Of a DNA stretch of 64,000 nucleotides, positions 48,677-58,423 are shown one piece after another. Origin of the DNA: an uncultured bacterium (GTDB lineage: Bacteria > Actinomycetota > Actinomycetes > S36-B12 > CAIYMF01); contig CAIKEU010000101.1 in the NCBI GenBank assembly GCA_903826575.1, positions 6,096 through 70,095 on the forward strand, read 5' to 3'. The notes beneath the pieces are model-generated. The model was not told the DNA's origin. It worked only from the letters and a program-made list of their open reading frames with translations, and did not search any database. Position 1 is the stretch's first letter, and the number at the start of each line of letters is the position of its first letter. The position numbers were made by a program, and so were the translations under genes.

Positions 48677-49282
48677 ATGGTTGTCACCCGTGGATTCGTT
48701 GGGCGGCGTGGTGTCGGTGCTCGCAATCTTCCGCCGGGACAGTACGACGTCGGTGACGATTGGCCTGTACTCACTGCCGAGGTCACGCCGAATGTTCGCA
48801 CCGAATCGTGGACGATGACTGTTGATGGCCTCGTTGAGAGGCCGGTTACGTGGACGTGGGATGAGATGTTGACACTTCCTACATCTGACTACCGCGGTGA
48901 TATCCATTGCGTCACAACGTGGTCGAAGTTTGATACCCACTTCACCGGCGTGAGTTTGGATGTCTTGCTCGAGGCGGCTGGTCCACTGCCTAGCGCAGGG
49001 TTTGCCCTCGCCCGATCGACGACGGGGTACACAACCAATATTCCCCTGAACGATCTCGTCGATGGTAAGGCATGGGTGGTCTGGCTTTACAACGGACTGC
49101 CGTTGACCTCACATCACGGTGGCCCTGTTCGACTGCTCGTTCCGCATTTGTACTTTTGGAAGAGTGCGAAATGGATCACCCGACTGACGTTGCTTGACGA
49201 GGATTCGCAGGGCTTTTGGGAGGTTAACGGTTATCACGATCGTGGAGATCCGTGGCTTGAGCAGCGGTATCAGGGAGATTGA
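48677..49282 (+). CDS. Sulfite-oxidase-like molybdopterin oxidoreductase
   Basis: LPPGQY, DIHCVTTWSK, HGGPVRLLVPHLYFWKSAKW and GFWE..GYH motifs; GGAGG RBS. Confidence 0.9.
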   Translation: MVVTRGFVGRRGVGARNLPPGQYDVGDDWPVLTAEVTPNVRTESWTMTVDGLVERPVTWTWDEMLTLPTSDYRGDIHCVTTWSKFDTHFTGVSLDVLLEAAGPLPSAGFALARSTTGYTTNIPLNDLVDGKAWVVWLYNGLPLTSHHGGPVRLLVPHLYFWKSAKWITRLTLLDEDSQGFWEVNGYHDRGDPWLEQRYQGD

Positions 49283-49283
49283 G

Positions 49284-50009
49284 ATGACTGATACGACCAT
49301 GACACCGACGGCCGATGCGCCATATGGTGGCTGGAATCGGGCCGTCGTCCGCGAGGTTATACGTCCGACGAATCGGCTCGTCATGATTAATCTCGATGTC
49401 GAGCATCGCATGCCTCATATGCCGGGGCAGCGCTACGTTGTGCGACTAACCGCAGAGGATGGATACAGCGCGTCGCGGTCCTATTCAGTGGCGTCTGCTC
49501 CGTCGGACTCGCTCGTCGAGATCTGTGTGGAGCGAGTCGATAACGGCGAAGTCTCCTCGCATCTTGTCGATGTTCTGGAGGTGGGTGACGAGTTGGAGGT
49601 GCGCGGTCCCATTGGCGGCTGGTTCGCATGGGATGGGGTAACTCCCGCATTGGCGGTGGGTGGTGGAACGGGTGTTGTTCCGCTTGTGTCGATGTTCCGT
49701 CAGGCCCGCAACGTCAATCGGCTAGATGACCTGTGCCTGATCGGTGCGGCGCGTACATATGACGAACTGCCGTACGCGGATGAAATCGCGCAGGGTTGCA
49801 GCGTCATTGCGCTGTCGCGGGAGAACTCACCTCATGGCCGTCCAGCCGGCCATATCCGCGCAGAAGATCTCGCGCCGCATATCGATGGACGAGAAGTCTT
49901 CTTCGTATGTGGGTCGACGCGATTCGCGGAGACTGCAAGTTCGCTATTGGTCGATCTCGGGGTGCCCACCCATCGAATCAGAGTTGAACGATTCGGCTCG
50001 CTAGCCTGA
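49284..50009 (+). CDS. Ferredoxin reductase-like FAD/NAD(P)-binding oxidoreductase
   Basis: PGQ, RSYSVAS, GEVS, GGGTGVVP and FVCGS motifs. Confidence 0.9.
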   Translation: MTDTTMTPTADAPYGGWNRAVVREVIRPTNRLVMINLDVEHRMPHMPGQRYVVRLTAEDGYSASRSYSVASAPSDSLVEICVERVDNGEVSSHLVDVLEVGDELEVRGPIGGWFAWDGVTPALAVGGGTGVVPLVSMFRQARNVNRLDDLCLIGAARTYDELPYADEIAQGCSVIALSRENSPHGRPAGHIRAEDLAPHIDGREVFFVCGSTRFAETASSLLVDLGVPTHRIRVERFGSLA

Positions 50010-50095
50010 GTCTGGAACACCTCAGTTTCGCGGGTGCACAGCACGGTCGCAGCCATACGGCGACGTTGTCGGACCGGGTGTCATAGGGTCGGGGG

Positions 50096-50728
50096 GTGAC
50101 GAACACGGCTGGGCTCTTCATCGCCCTTGAGGGCGGCGATGGGGCGGGTAAATCCACTCAGGCGCGGCTCCTCGTCGATTCACTCACCGGGGCGGGGTTT
50201 GACGTTGTTTTGACCCGTGAGCCGGGGGGTACCCCTGCGGCCGAAGCGATCCGATCTATCGTTCTCTCACCCGATTATGCCGGTCTTGACCCGCGTGCCG
50301 AGGCGCTGCTTTTCGCTGCGGCTCGAAGTGAGCATGTGCATCGACTCATTCGTCCAGCCCTCGACCGCGGGGCGATTGTGATTTCTGATCGCTTCGTTGA
50401 TTCGTCCATCGCCTATCAAGGCGTTGCTCGGGGGCTCGGGGTGGACGTCATTGCCGAGATCAATCTGTGGGCGACTCAGGACACGGTGCCTGACCTCACT
50501 GTGTTGCTCGATGTCGATGCGTCCACCGGCCTCGGGCGTGCCACCGATCCGAATCGATTGGAGGCCGAGCCGACCGCGTTTCATGACGCGGTCGTTGAGG
50601 CATTCCGAACACGCGCGGCGGGTGACCCAGATCGCTATCTGGTGATCCCAGCGTCCAATGCGCCCGAATCGATTTCCGCGCAGATACATGATCGGGTTTT
50701 GGTTGAGTTGCAAAGGCGCACCCAGTGA
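50096..50728 (+). CDS. tmk: Thymidylate kinase
   Basis: EGGDGAGKST, TREPGGT and DRFVDSSIAYQG motifs. Confidence 0.96.
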   Translation: MTNTAGLFIALEGGDGAGKSTQARLLVDSLTGAGFDVVLTREPGGTPAAEAIRSIVLSPDYAGLDPRAEALLFAAARSEHVHRLIRPALDRGAIVISDRFVDSSIAYQGVARGLGVDVIAEINLWATQDTVPDLTVLLDVDASTGLGRATDPNRLEAEPTAFHDAVVEAFRTRAAGDPDRYLVIPASNAPESISAQIHDRVLVELQRRTQ

Positions 50729-51957
50729 CGAATCCCGCCGAGGACGTGTTTGGCGAACTGATCGGTCAAGATGCGGTCGTCGCTCAACTGCGAGCCGCTG
50801 CCGCTGACGCACCCGCCGCCCGCGCCGGTCAGCCTTCGACTGCGATGACTCACGCCTGGCTGATTACTGGCCCGCCCGGAAGCGGACGTTCCACCGCGGC
50901 ACTTGCTCTTGCAACCGCCCTAGTTTGCCCCACTGGCGGCTGCGGAACATGTGAGGAATGCATGCTGGTTCGCCACTCGAGCCATGCCGACGTGGAGCAC
51001 GTCATCCCGGAGGGGGTCGACTACCTGCGGGCGGAGGCCGATGCGCTGATGCACAGTGCTGCTTTGGCGCCTACTCGCTCGCTGTGGCATGTCTTTGTGT
51101 TGGAGGATGCAGACCGGCTCACCGAGGTGGTTGGGAATTCGATGCTCAAGAGCATCGAGGAGCCGACGCCGGGAACGGTGTGGATTTTGTGCGCGCCAAG
51201 CGCCCAGGACGTTCTACCGACCATTCGTTCGCGCTGTCGTCACGTCACGCTCGCAACGCCCAGCACGACTGCTGTAGCAGCTGGTCTTGTTTCGTCACTG
51301 GGCGTGGATCCGGCCATGGCCTCGTTCGCCGCGCGGGCTTCGCAGGGCCACATCGGGCGAGCGCGCGCACTGGCCACTGACGAAGCCGCACGTCTTCGTC
51401 GGCAGGACGTTCTGCGAATTCCTCTGCAGCTCGGCGATCTTGGATCATGTCTAGCACTGGCAGCGGACCTCGTCGAGACGGTTAATGCGGATGCGGCCGC
51501 GATGTGCGATCCACTAGATGCGCGCGAGGATGCTGCCCTCCGCGCTGTTTACGGCGATGGGGCTCAGGGCAAGGGACTTGGGACGGTAGAACGTCGTGCG
51601 AAGGGTGCCTTCAAGGACATGCAGGAGCGTCACAAGCGGCGACGTCGTCGAGTTGTGCGCGACCAGTTGGACCGCGCCATTGTTGATCTCATTGGTTTCT
51701 ATCGCGATGTGTTGGTGATCCAACTGGGTGCTCACACCGAGCTTGTCAACGCGGAGATGCGGCCACAGATCGAGCGAGTTGCATCGGCGTCGCAGCCACC
51801 TGAAACCCTCCTGCGCGTTGATGCCCTGGAACGTACTCGCAATTTGCTCGCGGCAAATGTGCCCGCACTGCTCGCATTCGAATCGCTGACCGTCACCTTG
51901 AAGGATCCGTCGCTCGCCTCATCAGGTGCGGTACGCCGTGATCGAGTTACTGGTTAG
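50725..51957 (+). CDS. holB: DNA polymerase III delta' subunit
   Basis: HAWLITGPPGSGRS, C...GCGTCEEC, LKSIEEP and TIRSRC motifs; overlaps tmk. Confidence 0.95.
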   Translation: MTNPAEDVFGELIGQDAVVAQLRAAAADAPAARAGQPSTAMTHAWLITGPPGSGRSTAALALATALVCPTGGCGTCEECMLVRHSSHADVEHVIPEGVDYLRAEADALMHSAALAPTRSLWHVFVLEDADRLTEVVGNSMLKSIEEPTPGTVWILCAPSAQDVLPTIRSRCRHVTLATPSTTAVAAGLVSSLGVDPAMASFAARASQGHIGRARALATDEAARLRRQDVLRIPLQLGDLGSCLALAADLVETVNADAAAMCDPLDAREDAALRAVYGDGAQGKGLGTVERRAKGAFKDMQERHKRRRRRVVRDQLDRAIVDLIGFYRDVLVIQLGAHTELVNAEMRPQIERVASASQPPETLLRVDALERTRNLLAANVPALLAFESLTVTLKDPSLASSGAVRRDRVTG

Positions 51958-52759
51958 CTGCGACCCGTAGACCCTCGGCGTACGACGACAACGCGTCGGC
52001 CGCGGGGCCAAGCACATCTTCGGCGGACCGACCAAGATCTGGGGATGCCAACATGCTGGCCGCTGCTGCCAGTAGTCGGTCGTAGATGTTGACTCCCTCG
52101 GCTAGTCGCACCTGGACCACCCGCGCGGACTGCTCAGCGGCCGCAGCGGCGGCAGTCCCGGGTAAGTCGCGACGCATCTGATCGAGCAGAACGAGCCGGC
52201 CGATCTGGGATGCCAGTTGCGGAGCGGCTTCGTTGTCGGCGTCGCGCAGCTCGCGCCCGGCATCGGTGTGCAGTGCGCTAACCGCGGGGATCAAGGTGAT
52301 CACTTGTCGTCGAACGGTTTCAACTCCGTTGGCTTCAGCAGTTCCGATCGCGTCTTTTCGCAGGTTGCGGGCAGTGCCCTGCGGCATCATCTGGACAAGT
52401 TGCGGCGGGCTGATCGTTTCTGATTCCTGCTTCGCGCGCACAGCGATAACTGCGGAGAGTGCAGAGCCGGTCAGCAATGCCCATGGGGCAAAACCATCCG
52501 TGGCCGCATCGATCACCCCGAGTACTGCGGCAGCTCCAGAGACTGCGCTCATGGTGACCGCCCGGGACTTGAGGCGATTAACCCGTCGGTAGTGCTTCTT
52601 GACTGCCTTATCGTGGCGCTCGAGCGCCTTGACCTGCTCGCGGGCCAATTTAGTGTTCGAGGCCTGTACGACGGCATAGGCCTCAACGACGTCAAGACCC
52701 TGCGTAACGAGGTTGGTGACCCGTTCCGCGAGCCGTGAGATGTCGTTCGGAGTGCTCAT
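51947..52759 (-). CDS. Hypothetical membrane protein, resembles PspM (Rv2743c)
   Basis: Two TM helices then a helical region; GVNIYDRLLAAAASML and ADALSSYAEGL recall the PspM C-terminus (from memory, not searched). Confidence 0.5.
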   Translation of the reverse strand: MSTPNDISRLAERVTNLVTQGLDVVEAYAVVQASNTKLAREQVKALERHDKAVKKHYRRVNRLKSRAVTMSAVSGAAAVLGVIDAATDGFAPWALLTGSALSAVIAVRAKQESETISPPQLVQMMPQGTARNLRKDAIGTAEANGVETVRRQVITLIPAVSALHTDAGRELRDADNEAAPQLASQIGRLVLLDQMRRDLPGTAAAAAAEQSARVVQVRLAEGVNIYDRLLAAAASMLASPDLGRSAEDVLGPAADALSSYAEGLRVAANQ

Positions 52760-52798
52760 AGGAACACGTTAAGCCAGAAACGGCCGTAGTCTCGACCC

Positions 52799-53662
52799 GT
52801 GCCGGTAGAAAATGCTGAAATCCACCTCGACGATCCCGTCTGGGGTGAGCTCGTATTTGACGCTGTGCGAGCAGGTGCTGACGATGGTGAGCCAGTTCTC
52901 CTCCTGCACGGATTCCCGCAAAACAGCGGCGAATGGGCAGGTGTGCTGCCTGCTTTGGCTGCCGGTGGTTTGTCCGTCGTGGCACCAAATCAGCGTGGCT
53001 ACTCATCGGGGGCTCGACCAGATCAACCCGAGGCGTATCAAACTGCGCTGTTGGTGAACGACGTGGTTTCGATCATTTCCGCCCTTGGCTGGCAAAGCGC
53101 GCACCTTGTGGGGCATGACTGGGGCGCCATTATTGCCTGGTGGGTTGCGGCTACCTGCCCGGATGTTGTTCGCACGCTGACGGCGCTGTCAGTGCCTCAT
53201 CCGGGGGCTTTCGGTTCAGCTCTAGTGCAGGATCCCGTTCAACGCGAGAAGTCGGGCTATATCGGCTTCTTTCGCAACGATCCGACGAAGGCTCGTGATG
53301 TTCTTCTCCGTGCCGATGCCATAACCCTGCGAACGATGTACGGGGGAGCGGTGTCGCCGGCTGATCTGGATGATTACGTGGAGTTCTTTGCAGATGACGA
53401 GGGGGCGGCGCTTGTTGCTGGGATGCGTTGGTATGAAGCGATGTCGGAGCGGGAAATGATGTCGGTGCCGGCTGTTTCGGTGCCGACCACGTTCGTGTGG
53501 GGTGACGACGATGTAGCGATCGGTGCGACGGCGGCCCACGCGTGTGCCCAGTACGTCACGGGTGAATTTGATTTCCGGGTGCTCGAAGGCCGCGGACATT
53601 GGCTGCCCGACGAGGATCCGTCAGCCGTGATCGATGCCATTAAGGCAAGAGTAGGAGCGTAA
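52799..53662 (+). CDS. Alpha/beta hydrolase (epoxide hydrolase/dehalogenase-like)
   Basis: LHGFPQ, NQRGYS, GHDWGA and GHWLP motifs. Confidence 0.9.
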   Translation: MPVENAEIHLDDPVWGELVFDAVRAGADDGEPVLLLHGFPQNSGEWAGVLPALAAGGLSVVAPNQRGYSSGARPDQPEAYQTALLVNDVVSIISALGWQSAHLVGHDWGAIIAWWVAATCPDVVRTLTALSVPHPGAFGSALVQDPVQREKSGYIGFFRNDPTKARDVLLRADAITLRTMYGGAVSPADLDDYVEFFADDEGAALVAGMRWYEAMSEREMMSVPAVSVPTTFVWGDDDVAIGATAAHACAQYVTGEFDFRVLEGRGHWLPDEDPSAVIDAIKARVGA

Positions 53663-54496
53663 ATGCCGAACATGCTTGCCGTGACGTTCTCCTCCAACGG
53701 TCGGCTCTACTACCTTGACGCTGCAGACGTACGTCCCAAGGTGGGTGACCGAGTGCTGTTTCCAACGTCGGTGGGTACCGAGGTAGTTCAGGTGATCTGG
53801 GGCCCGGAGTGGGTCGAAGAACCCATCGGTGGTTTACCGATCTGCGCCGGTATGGCGTCAGCGGCGGACATCGAACGTGATGAGACGAATCGGCTTCGTC
53901 GAACTGAGATCAAGGTGGCCGCTCAACGATTGATCCGAGAGCAGAAGTTGCCGATGAAAGTCAGCGGTGTCGACTGGGTGGACGAGGGTCACGAATCGGG
54001 ACGACCGACCGCGACGATCTACTTCACCTCACCAGGACGAGTGGACTTTCGGGATCTTGTTCGTGAGCTTGCGAACAAGATCGACGCGAAGGTCATGTTT
54101 ACGCAGTTGTCGCCTCGAGACGATGCTCGAGTACAGGGCGGGATCGGATCGTGTGGTCGCGAGACATGCTGTTCGACGTTCCTGGTGGATTTCGAGCCAG
54201 TCACGTTGCAGATGGCTCGTGACCAAGATATTCCTGCAAACCCACTCAAGATTTCAGGTGCATGCGGCAGGCTCATGTGCTGTTTGAAGTACGAACACCC
54301 GATCTACGACGAGTTCAATTCCACGGCGCCGGGTATCGGTGAACGGGTGGCCACCGAGGATGGTGACGGCCGCGTGATCGGCCATGATGTGCCGCGAGAT
54401 CAAGTGGTGATCCGCCTTGACGCTGGGGGTCAGCGAACCGTGTGCGATCGGGCCTCGGCTTGCTCGGCGCGTGCGGCGTACGAGTCGCGCACGTGA
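53663..54496 (+). CDS. PSP1-domain protein (RicT/YaaT family)
   Basis: RVDFRDLVREL, GGIGSCGRETCC and KISGACGRLMCCLKYE motifs. Confidence 0.93.
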   Translation: MPNMLAVTFSSNGRLYYLDAADVRPKVGDRVLFPTSVGTEVVQVIWGPEWVEEPIGGLPICAGMASAADIERDETNRLRRTEIKVAAQRLIREQKLPMKVSGVDWVDEGHESGRPTATIYFTSPGRVDFRDLVRELANKIDAKVMFTQLSPRDDARVQGGIGSCGRETCCSTFLVDFEPVTLQMARDQDIPANPLKISGACGRLMCCLKYEHPIYDEFNSTAPGIGERVATEDGDGRVIGHDVPRDQVVIRLDAGGQRTVCDRASACSARAAYESRT

Positions 54497-54612
54497 ACCT
54501 GCGGCGGACGTCAGCGCGCGATGCTGCATGTGCGCAACGCCGGTGAGGGAACTCGGCGACCCGGTGAGGCGTCGTACTAGCTGGACGTGACAGGCTCGTC
54601 CATGACTGAATC

Positions 54613-56238
54613 TTGTCCCGAGGGGGGTTTGTGCGCTCGTATCGCGTAGCTTCGCGTGCTGCAGTGGCTGCGTGCATGGCGATCGCGCTTGCCGCGTGCT
54701 CGGGAACCATTGGAAACGTTTCTCATTCGGGTTCGGCTGGTGAGTGGGTTCCGTCGGCAGCTCCGACCGCGCCGACGGTGAACCCGTCCACTGATCCCTC
54801 CGCTCAGCCCTCCGAATCGCCCTCGGGCTCGGCCGAGCCGCTGGCGCGTTTCTATCAACAGCATTTGGCGTGGACTGCGTGCGGCGGCGATTTCCAATGT
54901 TCGAAACTTGTTGTCCCGGTCGACTATGCGGCTCCGAACGCAGAAACAACGAAGGTTTCTGTCATTCGGTTGCGTTCGTCGGATCCGGCGAATCGCATCG
55001 GCTCTCTGGTTATCAATCCTGGTGGGCCTGGCGGCTCGGGCGTTGATTTCGCCCGGGCTGCGCGAGGTATTTACTCGCAAGCGATCCTTGACCATTACAC
55101 GATCGTCGGCTTCGATCCGCGCGGCGTGGCGAGTTCAGATCCTGTCCAGTGTTTGAACGATCCACAGACGGATAGATTCATCGCCGCGGACGGAACACCT
55201 GACACTCCTGCGGAAATTTTGCAGCTTCAGGCGCTTGGCAAACTCTTCGCCGATTCATGTAAGGCGCGCTCACCAAAGCTTTTCGCTCACGTCGATACCC
55301 GCTCGGTCGCACGTGATCTCGATGTGCTTCGCGAAGCCCTTGGCGATAAGAAGCTCAACTACTTCGGTGCGTCGTACGGCACCTATCTCGGCGCAACGTA
55401 TGCAGATCTTTTCCCGACGCATGTCGGTCGGATGGTTCTCGACGGCGCGATAGACCCAACGCTGACGAACGTGGAGATCACCCATCAGCAGTTAAAGGGG
55501 TTTGAACTCGCAATCGGACGCTTCATCGAAGACTGCGCCAAGCAGTCAAACTGTCCGCTTCCGGCCGGGGTCGAAGCGGGTAAGGCGAAGCTTGCGGAGT
55601 TCTTCGCCGGACTCGATCAGACTCCGCTTAAGACGAATGACCCCAAACGCCCCTTGAACGAGGCGTTAGCTGAAAATGCGGTTCTGTCGTATCTCTACTT
55701 CCCGCAGAGTGACTATGGCCAACTTCGCGATGGTCTTAAAGCCGCACTCAATGGCGATGGGTCGGTTCTGCTGGACCTGCTCGATCAGCGGATCTCTCGA
55801 GATAGCAATGGGCATTACACCGATAATTCGAATGCCATGCTCTATGCGGTAAACGCGTTGGATCGTCCCGATCGTCCGACCGTCGCCCAGTGGCAGACGT
55901 ACGCGGATCAGTGGGCGAAGGAAGACCCGCTTTTTGGTCGGTTTTTCGCCTGGGGAAACATTCCGTTCGACTACTGGAGCGCTCCTGCCACAAACACTCC
56001 ACATGAGATTCATGCTCCCGGCTCGCCGCCCATTCTCGTCGTGGGCACCACCTACGATCCGGCAACCCCGTATCCGTGGGCTCAGGGGCTTGCGAAGCAG
56101 TTGTCGCAAGGGGTTCTGTTAACCCGAGTGGGTGATGGCCATACCGCCTACGGAATGGGTTCGACGTGTGCAGACGACGCGATTGACCGGTATTTGACCA
56201 CAGGGGTGACGCCCCCGGTTGGAACTGTCTGTCACTGA
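54613..56238 (+). CDS. Lipoprotein alpha/beta hydrolase (TAP-like peptidase)
   Basis: Lipobox LAAC; NPGGPGGSG, GFDPRGV, GASYG and DPATPY...GHT motifs. Confidence 0.9.
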   Translation: MSRGGFVRSYRVASRAAVAACMAIALAACSGTIGNVSHSGSAGEWVPSAAPTAPTVNPSTDPSAQPSESPSGSAEPLARFYQQHLAWTACGGDFQCSKLVVPVDYAAPNAETTKVSVIRLRSSDPANRIGSLVINPGGPGGSGVDFARAARGIYSQAILDHYTIVGFDPRGVASSDPVQCLNDPQTDRFIAADGTPDTPAEILQLQALGKLFADSCKARSPKLFAHVDTRSVARDLDVLREALGDKKLNYFGASYGTYLGATYADLFPTHVGRMVLDGAIDPTLTNVEITHQQLKGFELAIGRFIEDCAKQSNCPLPAGVEAGKAKLAEFFAGLDQTPLKTNDPKRPLNEALAENAVLSYLYFPQSDYGQLRDGLKAALNGDGSVLLDLLDQRISRDSNGHYTDNSNAMLYAVNALDRPDRPTVAQWQTYADQWAKEDPLFGRFFAWGNIPFDYWSAPATNTPHEIHAPGSPPILVVGTTYDPATPYPWAQGLAKQLSQGVLLTRVGDGHTAYGMGSTCADDAIDRYLTTGVTPPVGTVCH

Positions 56239-56285
56239 GGTATCCTTGTGGATCGTGCCGCTGTGACCCTCGGGTGCAGATGTAC

Positions 56286-56361
56286 GCCGCCTTAGCTCAG
56301 TCGGTAGAGCGTCTCACTCGTAATGAGAAGGTCAACGGTTCGATTCCGTTAGGCGGCTCCA
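56286..56361 (+). tRNA. tRNA-Thr (CGT)
   Basis: GCCGCCT acceptor stem, anticodon loop CTCGTAA, GGTTCGATTCC T-arm, encoded CCA. Confidence 0.98.
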
Positions 56362-56365
56362 GATG

Positions 56366-57307
56366 TCACCGTTCTTTCGGCGCTACCTTCAAGCGCTCAC
56401 GTACTTCGTCTAGTTGGTGATCAGCCAGCGCAAGGTGATCAATCGTGGTGAAGTCGACGCCGCAACGCGCGCCTCGATCCAGTGCGGATGCCCATAAGTC
56501 TGATACCCCGGGGCGGGCCATGACGCCGATCTCTGGCTCTTTGTGATGAAAGTGAACGAGTCCGGTTTCGTGGATCGCTAGGTTGGCGATGCACAGCATC
56601 CAGTTAGCGTCGGTATCGGCCAAGCCCATCTGGAATGCTCCTAGCGCCATCTCACCCTCAGCCGTTGCTTCATATCCGGCAATCACGTGATTCATATCGT
56701 GGGCGACGAAGACGTAATTGACGGTGGAAGGTGCAAGCCCGGGAACGCCAAGTCGATTCCGGTGATAGAAGTCCAGCAGTTCACGCCCGAGGGTTCCCTC
56801 AGGGAGGGCTTCGAAACTCAGAAGTAGCTTGGCGAGGTCGGGGTCGGTCTTATCCGCAAGCAGAATCCGATCGCGGAGGGTGACTTCACGCTGATTGATT
56901 TCCAGATCCCGTTCGAACCGCTTGAAGTCCTCTTTAGCGCGATCCATTCCTTCGTTGACCATCGTCCGCGTCAGATCAAGCCCCGACCCAGATAGCGACA
57001 GCGCGCGAGCGTATTCATCGACGCGGTCGACCTGAGCCGTGCTGAGCGGATGGCGGCACTGTTCCAAGAACATAAGGAACAGATGAAAGCGGCGCACAGC
57101 CGGGTGATCACCAAGCTGGCGAGCGGTATCGGCCGGGCTAAGTGGCGTGAGGCTGGAGAGGTCGAGGCCGTCAAGATGGAGGTCGTGCTTGACGATCGCT
57201 TCCAGCAGTGCCACCTGTTCATCGGTTGCTCCGCCGTCAACGTCAATCGCTCCAAGTAGCCCTCGAAATACCGGTACGGCGAGGTCGTCGGCAATGAGGC
57301 GAGGCAC
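56366..57307 (-). CDS. Coq4-like metalloprotein with probable TerB-like N-terminus (paralog B)
   Basis: LPEGTLGR and HDMNH-x11-E motifs. Start reassigned to GTG 57307 by alignment with paralog A. Confidence 0.68.
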   Translation of the reverse strand: MPRLIADDLAVPVFRGLLGAIDVDGGATDEQVALLEAIVKHDLHLDGLDLSSLTPLSPADTARQLGDHPAVRRFHLFLMFLEQCRHPLSTAQVDRVDEYARALSLSGSGLDLTRTMVNEGMDRAKEDFKRFERDLEINQREVTLRDRILLADKTDPDLAKLLLSFEALPEGTLGRELLDFYHRNRLGVPGLAPSTVNYVFVAHDMNHVIAGYEATAEGEMALGAFQMGLADTDANWMLCIANLAIHETGLVHFHHKEPEIGVMARPGVSDLWASALDRGARCGVDFTTIDHLALADHQLDEVRERLKVAPKER

Positions 57308-57401
57308 GCGGCAAGTAAACCACGCTGTAATCACTGCTGTTCCGTGGCCGGTTACATCGTTGCAGGCTCTATGGCGTCCACCCGCTGGAGCAATGAGTGT
57401 G

Positions 57402-58367
57402 CTACCAGACGTGCCAGCCGTCGGTGGCGTTTGCTGGCGGACGAACTCCGTACTGTTCGCGGAGTTGCTCGAGTGGTTGTGCGGCGATAGCGAAGTGGTC
57501 GACGGCGGCGAAGTCACCAGTGACCGCTGAACCTCGGGCGAATGATTCGCCGAGTAGATCGATGGCACCCGGACGGGAGAGCGCTCCCTCGGTGACAACA
57601 ATGTTGTCCACACCACTAATGCCAGTCTCATGAACGATGATCGGCGATAGGAATGCAAAGGCGTTGACGGGATTGTCATCCATCGCCATTTGGAACGCTC
57701 CAAGACCGATCTCGCCCGGTCCCGTTGGCTCGATGCCGGAGAGCACGTGGATGAAGTCGTGGGCGACATACATATGGTTGACAGTTGATGCGCGAACACC
57801 AGGAAGCTCTAGGTTGTTGCGCTCGTAAAAGTTCAGGAACGCGCGACCAAGGCTGTCATCGGGCAGGTCAGCGAAACCCTCAAGAGCCCCAACGATCGCA
57901 GGCTCCGGCGTCTCCTTCTGAATCGGCATACCCTTGAAGCGTTGCTCGGATCGGCCGATGATCATGTCATCGAAGTAGCGGCTGAAATCTGCAGCCGCGC
58001 GCTTGGCGCCTTGGTCGATGAGATCGCGGAAGATTTCCAGATCGCGTGGTGCCAAGCCGATTGCGGCCGAGTACTGCTCTACCCGTGATACTTGAGCGTC
58101 ATCGAGTGGGTGCCTGCACATCTCCAGCGTCACGAGAATTTCGTAGAACCGACGACGTGCCACCGGATCGGTTACCGCCGCGGCCAACTCGTCGGGTCCA
58201 AGACCGCCAGTGGCCTTGAGATCGATATCCGGGCGGCCCCAGACCGGGCCAACAACTGCGGCCAGGACGTTCAGCTGCTCTTCGGTGGGCCCATCGCCTA
58301 CGTCAATACCGCCAATGAGTCCGCGCACTACTGGGTCGACAAGTTCTGGTGCGATGGCGAAAGTCAT
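57402..58367 (-). CDS. Coq4-like metalloprotein with probable TerB-like N-terminus (paralog A)
   Basis: LPDDSLGR and HDFIH-x11-E motifs; aligns end-to-end with paralog B. Confidence 0.68.
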   Translation of the reverse strand: MTFAIAPELVDPVVRGLIGGIDVGDGPTEEQLNVLAAVVGPVWGRPDIDLKATGGLGPDELAAAVTDPVARRRFYEILVTLEMCRHPLDDAQVSRVEQYSAAIGLAPRDLEIFRDLIDQGAKRAAADFSRYFDDMIIGRSEQRFKGMPIQKETPEPAIVGALEGFADLPDDSLGRAFLNFYERNNLELPGVRASTVNHMYVAHDFIHVLSGIEPTGPGEIGLGAFQMAMDDNPVNAFAFLSPIIVHETGISGVDNIVVTEGALSRPGAIDLLGESFARGSAVTGDFAAVDHFAIAAQPLEQLREQYGVRPPANATDGWHVW

Positions 58368-58423
58368 GAGCCAAGAGTAAGGGACTGTCCGCTGCGGGAA
58401 GTCTGCTGAAGATAAAGTTTGGG

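Noticed and set aside
57308-57799. 164-aa N-terminal extension of ORF 56366..57799
   Set aside because: It overlaps paralog A in another frame; alignment with paralog A puts the true start at GTG 57307.
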